Shown here: one piece after another, positions 23,925 through 34,462 of the stretch
How positions within the stretch are numbered: the stretch's first letter is position 1
Layout: each line of letters starts with the position of its first letter
Assembly: GCA_965637545.1 (NCBI GenBank)
Contig: OZ281495.1
Location: forward strand, 4,154,001 to 4,218,000
Reading direction: 5' to 3'
Length of the DNA stretch: 64,000 nucleotides
Origin: Phallusia mammillata
Taxonomy: Eukaryota
The notes under the pieces: generated by a model
What the model was told of the DNA's origin: nothing
Database searches by the model: none
Seen by the model: only the letters and a program-made list of their open reading frames with translations
Made by a program: the position numbers and the translations under genes

Positions 23925-25499
23925 ATGTGGTATATACTTCAAAAGCTATACGACTGGTGGGAATCCATAGATACTGGGGTAATTATGAGTTGTCGTTTAA
24001 TTTGAAGTAAACTAAATTTACTTAAATCTACACTGAACGTTATAATATTTTGATGAAGTTTCTAATTGATGCCGAGTTTGTTAAAAACAAACAAAAAATA
24101 CTAACCCAAAAAAGTAATAGCTTCCAAGTTTGCTTAGCTGCAGGCTAAACCTCAGAATTCTTTATCAAGGGCTAGAAAGCTTCAGCATTTATAGCAGATA
24201 AAAGATTACTTGTGAGCTTATTTAAAGTAAATTTAATCACAAACTTTGTACTAAGGAGTGTGGAACATGTGAACCGGATAAAATCAGTTGTTATGTGGGT
24301 GAAAGAGGTTCACTTGGCAAAGGCGCATTTGCCTGCGTTCGACTTGGACGGATGAACAACGAAGATGTTGCGTTGAAGTGTTTTAATGTAAAATCAAAGC
24401 CACAAGGAATTCCACAGTCTTCAGAAACGTAATTGCTTACTTGAACTGAAGCCTTTTTGTCGATAAGTTACCACATAATTGTAAATGTAGACGCCAGAAA
24501 CTGGATTGAAACACTGTCGACGTTTATATTGCCTGTTAAACTGATTTTGTTTTTAGAATTCGGGATGAGTTCGAATTACTTCAGACGGCAGATCACCAAA
24601 ACATCGTAAAAGCATTCGAGCTGGCCCAATGGGATAGAAACAACTGGATGGCCATTGTGACGGAATACTTGTCGTGTGGTGACCTTGCAACTTTATTGTA
24701 CAACACAAGCGATGGCAAAAGCAACCAAAAATGTCGTATCAGCTTTCCTTTGCGCCTGAAATTGATTTATGACGTCACAAAGGGGGTGGAGTACTTGCAC
24801 CGTCTTTCTGGAGGAAAGTACATTACTCATGGTGATCTGAAGTGCAACAACGTGTTGTTGACGGCAGATCTAAGATGTAAAATTGCTGACTTCGGTTCCG
24901 CGGTTTTTGTGAACATTAATGAGGGTCCGAAGTTAACTGGTGCAAATCCAGTGCAATTTGCCCTTACACCCCACTATGCGGCTCCTGAGCTTCTCAGTGG
25001 CCAGTCTCTTTCGTGTAAGGCGACCGACGTTTACAGCGTGGGATTGATGATGCAGACGGTTCTATTTCGTTTTCCACCATTTTTACACATCATTGAAGGC
25101 GTATCGCAGAGCCAGGATTGTGAAAAGATTAAATCCGCTGTTTTAAGTAAAACAGCACCGGTTCCATTCAATCTACGCTTATACGTAGCTATGAAAGCCG
25201 AACAGAGCGGATGTATGAACTTATTTCTTGAAATTGAAAATGTTGCAAACAAATGTCGAAGTTACTCGCCAATAATCCGACCCCAGATTACTGAAGTCCG
25301 CGAACGGTTTAGGGTTCTACTGGAACAGCATTCCCCTGCAATAGACGAGATCCAATCCATAGCGGAATTGCTAAAAGCCGGCCACCACTTTTCTCGCAAT
25401 AAAACCGAACTCGTTCCACTTACAAGGTTTTGTCCCGAAAACGGAGGCTTGCTTCCAGGGCAAAGCAGTGAAGCTCCATATTCCCCGTTGAAAGGTTAG
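23925..25499 (+). CDS. K2: RIPK-like TKL kinase, closest paralog of K1
   Basis: Exons 23925-23978 (MWYILQKLYDWWESIDTG), 24256-24428, 24557-25494/25499 (HGDLKCNN, DFG, TPHYAAPE); downstream tail exons not identified. Confidence 0.85.
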
Positions 25500-27800
25500 T
25501 GACAAAAATATTGTTACAAACCGCTGTACAAATGCATCGCCGAATTTTAGTGAAACGCTTAGGCTCAGTTCAATGGTGCTTGTTATTTGAGTGAGTTACG
25601 TCAACTGTGTTGGTATTGACGTAAATGGAAAAGTACGCAAAATATTAATTTTTTAGTTAAACATATAGTTGGATACTCCGTTACTTTTTGCGCATGTTTT
25701 TTTAAGTATTAGACTTTTCCGCTCACTATAGGCCGTACACTTCATTTCGTTTCTCAGCTATAAAAACATTCGACTCACTTGAGTGGGTTTTAACAACAAA
25801 ACTGTAAAAACGTATGTTTAAAAAGAGCCGTAAGCTCACTTCGGTAAACATTTGAACTACATTTTACCGTTTGGTGGTTTATATAACAGTACAATGGTTT
25901 GACTTGATTGCATCATAATCAGACGCTTTAAGTTACATACACTTAGGCTAGGATTGTATAATAATAACAAACAACTTTGCAATTACAGCACCAGAAGAAT
26001 GGCCGATCGTGGTTTGGTTAATCATTGTAAGTTAACATGATATGCAATTTTAACTCAGTTTTTCTTATTAACAAAATCAAATGTTTACAGTTTTCCCTCA
26101 TATTGATTGCAATATGGATCCCAAGCCAGCTGTAATTCAGGATTCGGATGAATTGGCATGGGCATTTACTACATTGCACTTTACGGTGTATAGAGTCTTG
26201 CGCATATGATTTCTGTTTCATTTGCCCAGCAAAACCCTCGGATTCAACGACTGTTTTATACAGCCGGCATAATCTCTGCATGTACATGCGGTCGGTTGCG
26301 ATCCTACGGCATAATATACCCAGTACGCCCCAAGCATCCTTTCAATCAGTCGTTCTCAACTCGTTTCACCAGTTCAATTGAAAGAATATCGCGGTCCAGT
26401 CCCTTGTTTCAGTAAAGATTTAAATAAAGCATCCAGAGGAAGCATAACAATTAACAGCTATCAATAAGTAGCCTATAACTTGGACAGGCTTTTTTTTGAA
26501 ATGAATATTCAAAAAATTACAGGCAAATATTACCACTTTTATCGTCTGATAAGATATAATTAATTTTCTGTGGGTCACCCCTAAAGTCATCATGGACCAC
26601 CAGTAGATAACCACCGACTTGAATAGAAGGACAATGGGCACGATAGCGCATGTTTTTTCATTGTCCTTGCCGTTTTACACAACTGTTCAATATGGATATG
26701 TCCGAAAAAGTGCTTATGCTAATATACAAACGTCACTTGACTTGTTCGTGTAATTTTTTCTTATTGTTGCTGTGATTATTTCTGTACATTTTAATGCCTT
26801 GTTTCGCTTGTCCGATAACCTTGACCCCAATCGTTGTTTTTTGTAAAATCGTTTGCGGAAGAAACCTGCAGCTGTTTATAAACCTGCTGATGTCCTCTCA
26901 TGTATCATACTCGGTTTGTTTTTACTGTGATTCCAAGTCTGCAACTTGTTAATTGTAAACTAACTCCTAAAGGTGGAGCTGGTGCAATCTTTGCAATTGC
27001 ACCCTATATTTGTTTTAAATTGGTGTGTTTTTATGCGTGGGTTTTTACAAATGTTTTGTCTCTAAATCTGTCTCTTTGGTGCAATATCATTCATAACCGA
27101 CATATGCGAAAGAAATTAAGACTGTTGCATTCTATTGGCATTTGCCGTTTCGTTTTGTTTGTAGCAACAATATCGTGTTATTATTGTGTTTCTCGTTTCT
27201 AATTATCAAAAACAACGTGACTAGACATGCTTTGTGGTGAAGTGAAATCTTGCAAAAGTTAAAGTAACTTATATGCATCAATAGTCTGTTCAATAAAGGG
27301 AGATAAATTTAGTTACGAGTTCTCATTACTGCAGTCGTTTAAAACTTTATTAAGAATGCTTGAACATCAATGCGTATGCGAAGAATAATCGTAACCTTAA
27401 GCTTACAAAGGCAGTCCTTTTTATTGCTTGCAAAAATAACACCAATACCAAGTATTCTATTGATCATTACCGTTGTGTGACTTTTGTTACAGACAAAACG
27501 GGAACCAGTTGTAAAACGACCTTCGAAACAGGAACTATTTTATGATATCAGTACTGAAGCGACGCAGGTGTTTGTGTCAAACCTATCAGTAAAACTATTT
27601 AACGAGAACAGCAATAGCATCCCCAGCTGCTATTTTTAACTAAAAGTTTTACTAGAGTTGTTGCAGGGTGACCGCTTTACCGAAATCAAAAAAAAACTTT
27701 TTTCAGGACTTAGGCAAAACCAAATCGTTAAACGATATGTTTTAATTTTTTAACCGATTCCAGTGGAAAAGAAAACCTACATCAGTACGCAGATGTGATT

Positions 27801-30137
27801 ATGGTAAGTAGCGTGGACACGTTTTGGTCTATTTTCGAAAACGCACCTACAAAAAAATAGAAAAGCTCATAAGTGCAGTAAATATAATTCAAAACAGAGC
27901 TATCTAATCAAAGGCCCGGTTCATCAGACAAAGTGGGAAATCTGCAAATAACAATTTACAAATCGTTCGTTTAAATTTTTCGAAACCTGAATTTGAAAAT
28001 TCATGTATGAGATAACAACTGCCATTTGGCATGACATAGCTTTTCCATAAAGCTCAAACGACTTTAGAACATTCTGGCTCACAAACACTACACTACCTTG
28101 TCTATTAATTTAACTGACCCAATAAACCAAATTTATCAATCTTTTTCAGGAGATTGATACTTTCGACCCGAAAAAAATTCGTTGTTACGCGGGTAAAGGT
28201 GGTTTGCTGGGTCGTGGTGGATTTTCCTGTGTTCGACTCGGACGGATGAACGGAAAGGATGTAGCACTCAAGTGCTTTACTCTTACACATCAAAATACAC
28301 GTGACGGGTAAGTTTTACATTTTAACCAATCAGTGACAGGTTAAATAAAAAGACATAAGTAGTTGCTGGAAAAAATGACTCGTGTCTTCGATTCAATAAA
28401 CCTAACATATCAAACATATCTGGCAATTGTATTTTTATACCGACGTTTCGACTACTCGCATTCAGTGTTATTTACCCTGATGAAGGCGACCGGTATAGGA
28501 CGTCGAAACATTGGTATAAAAATACAATTGCCAGAAGAGCTAAAATTTTGATATTATGCCTGGCAGCAACAGCTTATATAAACCTAACGTGTGTTTGTTT
28601 TCAGAATTCGTAAGGAGTTTGAACTTCTTCAGTTGGTACACCACGAGAACGTATTGGGGGCACTCGAGCTTACTGAATGGCGTGACAACATGGCTATTGT
28701 TACCGAATACTCGCCATACGGTGACCTAGCGACGTTATTGTTTGGCAAACGCGAAAGTGATCGACAATGCCACGTCACCCTTCCATTGCGATTGCAGTCG
28801 ATTTATGATGTAACAAAAGGGGTTGCGCACTTACACAATCTTTTTGAAGGAGGTTACGTGGTTCACAGCGACCTAAAGTGCGACAACGTTTTGCTGACCT
28901 TCAATCTTAGGTGTAAAATCTCAGATTTCGGCTGTTCGTTTTTAGTAAAGAGTGATGCAAGCGTGAAGCAAGCAACGCAAGTGCTATTCACCACCGCTTG
29001 TGCCGCACCAGAGCTTTTAAAAGATGAAGCGCATCCATGCAAAGAGACCGACGTCTACAGCGTTGGAATGATGATCAAATCTTTGATTTTTTGTTCTCCA
29101 CCATTTGCACATATTTTTAACAATGTAACCAACCAACAATGTAATGAAGCAGTCGAGAAAGCGATTTTGAGGTAAGTCCGCCAAGAGTTAAATAGCCGGA
29201 CAGGGCTGTTTTGGATTCAATTGAATAAAACGGATTTGATTCAGATTTGAGCCACATCTGTGTCAAAATTCCAGCTTGTAAATCTAACTTCTGGGCCCAA
29301 ATTGGGCTTTCTTTTGATAAAATTGTGGTTCAGGCCCGACACTCTGGCAAAAAATACATGTCAAATTAACATGTTGCATACGAATTGTATATTTCTTGAT
29401 TCGTAGAGCGGAAGTGACGGAGGATACAAATTAATCTTTACATAAAACTTGTTACTAATATTTTCAGGAGAGATTCTCCTGTTGATGATGAACAACGCAG
29501 GCGTGTGTTTCACAATGCTACTATAAAGCAACGTGAATTAGTTGTGGAATTGGAGAATGAGGCTCATAAATGTCTAGAAGTTGATCCGAAAAACCGACCA
29601 CTAATTGCTGAAGTGCACGAAAGTATTTGTAACCTATTGGAAAATCATAATTTGACAGAACAGGATACACGCTTGATCCGAGAGCTGTTTGAATCGAACC
29701 AAAAGTCCCAGAAAAAACTCGGAGAACTTGTTTCGCTTCACCGATTCTGTCCAGTAAACGAAACATTTCTTCCAGGTAAGTAGTTTTACTGTTCAAACGT
29801 AGACGCTTTTAGACGCCAAGTTTAAACGCTCGGTGGCAGAACAAGTTTTTAACAATATTGCTCCCTTTCAGGTGATGAAAAAACGTTAAACAAAACAAAA
29901 ATTACACATATAGGGCAATAGGCTCATATGGATTTTGCAACATCTCTCGGAAATTCACAGATATTAACCAAAATTAAACGCATCCGATATAACTAAATAT
30001 CCGATCTTGTTGTTTATTTTATTCATTTAGATGAGAATCCAGGAAGCAAAACTGGGAATTTAACATCACAAACAAAGATCAAACGCAGGAAAAGTAGCCT
30101 ACAACGCGAAGCCAAAAGGATGAAACTTGAACAGTGA
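27801..30137 (+). CDS. K3: RIPK-like TKL kinase with an extra intron
   Basis: ATG|gtaagt at 27801-27803; exons 28150-28307 (GRGGFSCV, VALK), 28605-29171 (HSDLKCDN, DFG, APE), 29468-29775; tail either 29872 onward (early TAG) or 30031-30137 (basic, TGA). Confidence 0.8.
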
Positions 30138-31759
30138 AAACTTCCTTCTTCCAAACACGTCAGCAGGTGCGTGGTAGGAACAACAATGTCACAAAGAGGT
30201 GTTGCTCACACAAAAGGCCGCGATTCATTACAGAAAATATGTCATTCTGTTACACCATTCTTTGGCAACGCCACGAGATCAATTCATCGTTTTCAGTTTC
30301 ACCATTTTTTAATTTGTTGGGCACAAGCGTACTTTAACTCTACAATAATATTTCTTTTATTCCTGGGGGTGTTTGCAATCAAAGACTGTTGTAGTCTACC
30401 TGAAAGTCTGTAAATTAGGCAACATGCACATGCCAAAAAATCTTCAGTTCTCGCATAAACGATTACAAATTCTGGAAACTATAATACTGGAGACCATTTT
30501 GTATTGTTCTTTCAAGAGATTATTTTACAAAGTCGCCCTAATACCCAAAGTTTTTTGTCTTTCTATGCATAGGTTAGGGTTTAACTTAGAAAATAGTTAA
30601 TCATTTTGTGATTGCAGCAAATTCATCGTAATTGAGTCAACACACATTCGACCCCGTTGGTAAATGGATATGTGGTTAAATAGTCGGATTCGGATGAACA
30701 CCGATTTGATATGAAATTACTTTATTACAATTTATGATGTACAGTATTGGACGTTTGTCCATTTTATTACCGTATGTGTTTTTATGCGCCTTGTTCCAGC
30801 CTGTGAGTTTTTATGATTTTTTATGCTGTTACTTTTTTTGTGCGTTGTTTTGTTTATTCGATGTATAGTGTTCGATTTTGCAAATTGATTTGTAGCAAAA
30901 CCCGTTGAACATTTAAACGTTACAACAGACGGTCAAATATGATCGTTGATTGATATAAACACTAACAACCTATTGTAGCAGAATTGTGTTTTTGTGTGTT
31001 CCTTGCACTTGCATTTTGATGTGAACTGTGCGGCTATTTTAAGAGCTTAGTAAATTAAGTGATATGAGAATGGAATACTTACAGAACACTATATTGTATT
31101 TTCGACCTCTAGTGTTACAAAAAAGACAAGCTTTACAATGGGGCAATACTGCGAAGTTACAAGAAATACGTTCATGTGTTTGGGAAAGGAGAAAGTCGTG
31201 AAAGCTTGAATAAGTTTTTCAAACACCTGCCACAAAATGTTTAACATCCAGATAAAAAGTATAGATGACGATTGTTTGGCTTATGCACTCTTGAGCCGCT
31301 TTTTCTTGTTTCAGCCTGATGTATTCATTTACAGTTTTGGAAATTAGGTGTAGGTGTTGCTTTGATACTATTCTGGTATGTCAAATTAAATGATGATTGG
31401 GCCAATCATTTAGCAGCACTTTTCCTAAGTTTGTTACCGTTTGCATTATCTTGCTAATCATCTTTGTAAACTCTGCCAAAAACTGCAAAATTTATTTCAA
31501 AAGCTTTCATTACTCGAGATATACCCAGGGAAATGGTAAACCAAACACTGTTTGATGATGGAATGTTGCTGGTGGCAGACATGACATGCAAAAGCTACAA
31601 ATATTTCATATGTAAGTAATAATATACGTTTATAGGCAAATGAAAGTGGAAGATCCATTTTGACAGATAAAACCTACACATTTCAATATAGGATAAATAT
31701 ACTTTTAAATTCTTTTTTTTACGGAAATATTTTTTGCTATTCTTTCCCAAAACAATGTG

Positions 31760-33250
31760 ATATTACCCGTTGGAAGGTTAGTTACAATATATTACTTCAA
31801 ACTGCTGTACAAATACATATCCGCGATTTAGTTAACACATTTAAACGTAGTTCAATAGTGCTTATATTTTAAGTTAATAGATTTATTAGAGTTAAAAACT
31901 GCCTTTGTATTCACGTAACTGATAAAGTAGGTACAGTATTTATTCTAAAGTCAAACATATTATTTGTTGCCATATTATTTGTTGCGCATGCTTGTTAATT
32001 AGACCGTTTTTAGCTGTTTGTGAAGTATTAAATTTTGTACACATACCGTTGAGTAACATATATTTCTACAATCAGATGACAAAGGTGACTTTCGACAAAG
32101 CACATCTGGGAGAAACGCACTCAGACGCCGACCGAATACGAGGCAAACGCAACTGCCTGCTGTACTAAGAGAAAACGCTTCCGATCTACCACGCTCGTCA
32201 GCAGCAGGTCGGTGATTAAGTTACAAGTCTGACACAGGCACCAATGTGATAGGACAAGCATTCTATTCAGTGGCAAACGCATTTAGGTTTAACACAAAAC
32301 ATTCCGAACAGTTTTATAAATATATGTCGCATGGCTTTCTAGCCTGTTTCCATCTTAACATACTGGAGTGCTGTGTGATAGATACACTAGCAGCCGACGG
32401 TCTATCTCTTCTCACAAGCTGCGCTGATAGGATTTTGTAGGTCCAAACAGTGTGCATTGTGCACTGCATATAGCCATTGATGGGCTTGATACTTTTACAT
32501 TTGTAAAAGCATTACCCCAACCTCAAAAAGCATATTTTATGATTTGAAACAAATACGTTTACTCTTTACTGAGTATGCATTTTTTTGCATTTTATTTGGC
32601 CGCTTTATTCCTCATTACACATATTTAAATCCCTTTATTTTTTATTTAAATTTCCGTGTGGTTAACCATCTATTCTTTGTAATCACAGGACGAAACTTGA
32701 TTTGCTACTGCCCTGTGATTTTTTTATTCGTGGTATGTAAGCAGATTCTTGTCCTTGAGCTAATTTAATACTAGATATTTTAACCGTATTAATTTGTTTA
32801 CAGTTTGAACTTGTACTGATTTTATTGTGGAATCTTTTTCCGCTCGTTTTCTATCGGTTCGGACGCTACTAGGAAGCCGTCACTTTTGAGTGGAATGGAA
32901 ATTACTGTATAATTTTAAAGTACATATGGTTCAGTTTGTTCAGTTTGTTCAATTTGGTTTGCATGTGATATACGCGCTATCGTGTGTATAAATTGTGACA
33001 GTTTTGCGTGTTGCAATTACTTGAAAAATGTTTTAGTCGTTTTCCGTGTTTGCTACGTATAATATAATCGAGGCAATATTATTTTTAGTAAAATGTATTT
33101 TACACTGTGATTTAAGGAAGATAGACGAGTAACACACTAATTTTTCAAAAAACAAAATATGTAAAATTACAGGCATTGTATGTTATTCAGTTTCCAACCG
33201 AACGTTTTTATTTGTTGCCTTCTGCTATTCATATACACAGAAAACTCCCG
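31760..33250 (+). pseudogene. Orphan duplicate of the K1 3' region (kinase exons missing)
   Basis: Colinear with 21381 to about 22980; starts with the last about 20 nt of the kinase exon (atattacccgttggaag|gttagt) and keeps an open 132-nt tail exon at 32076-32207 (DDKGDFRQSTSGRNALRRRPNTRQ...). Confidence 0.8.
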
Positions 33251-34462
33251 GGTGGTTGGTTGTTTGCTAATCGATCGACAACCAGGCAATGTGGGTCAGG
33301 AACTTGACCAAATGATCCGGCGCACCTGACCAACCATAAAAAAGCCTGATCGAGATTCGTCCCCGGGAGTGTCCTGGCTTCGAACCAGGTGAAAAAATAA
33401 AAACAAAAAATCCTGGCACTTATTTTCGCGAAACTTGAATCGCAAACCGCAAGCGAAACACGCGGTGAGGGAATAGTGATTTTGCTCTGCAAACTTTAAT
33501 CAAGTTTCCACTAATTTTGCATCTGTGCTGTAGAATACAATAAGCGAGAATAATTCCTATTCATCTGTGAGAATAACCGACACACTCTTTGATTGCTCAT
33601 GGATACACATGGACAGTTGGTGACGTCACAAATATACAGAAAATTGAACTTTCAAAAATGTCAGATTTTAGGTGCAAAATTTTCTTGAAAACACTAATAT
33701 TAGTTGAAAGAATTTGTTTGCTCAACGATTGCCGGTGGCAAGGTTATTATGACGTATAAATCGCGGCCGCGTGTTTTGTTCCGAATCTCTGTTGACAGAA
33801 AACCTTAGTGATGTCACAGCCGTACATGTGGCAGCATGCGACATTGTTACGTCATAAACAATTTCGGTTTCAAACTGTACCGTCATAAATATGCTGCTGA
33901 TATAAAAGTGGGCGCTGAAATGTTAAGAGGCTATAAACTGGACCTTGCTGTGGTCCAATCTTGTCCACATGTTTGAAGCGATAAGTAAATACACTGAGCC
34001 CGTGTTGTGTTTGAGCAAACATGTAAAGCTTGTTCATCTGCTGTGGCTGGCATGGTTGCTTGCTTAACATGGAGGTGGAAAGCAAAACGTACAACGCGAT
34101 TTGCTTACCACAAATTAAATAATTTTCAAAATAAATTTAAAAAGCAAATTTCACTGTGCATTTTCAATAGTTTAGGTTTTCTTTTCTGTACTGCTTCTAT
34201 ATTTTGATCAAAACAAGCCTTAAGCTGGAAGCTAGCATAGTTAGAAAGTTGAAGTTTATGAACTTACTAAGTTGCATGTTTGCATAATGCGAGTTATGAA
34301 AGTGATGCAATTTTTCAGACTGCTTTAAATGATTGAAATTGTTTACTGCGTGTTGTCGTTATCCCACTTTTGCATTGAACACTAATGAGTATTTATCATA
34401 TTTGCACCGTTTTTCAGGTTTACAGCATTTTCAACAACTAAGAATCAGGATAAACATCATAC

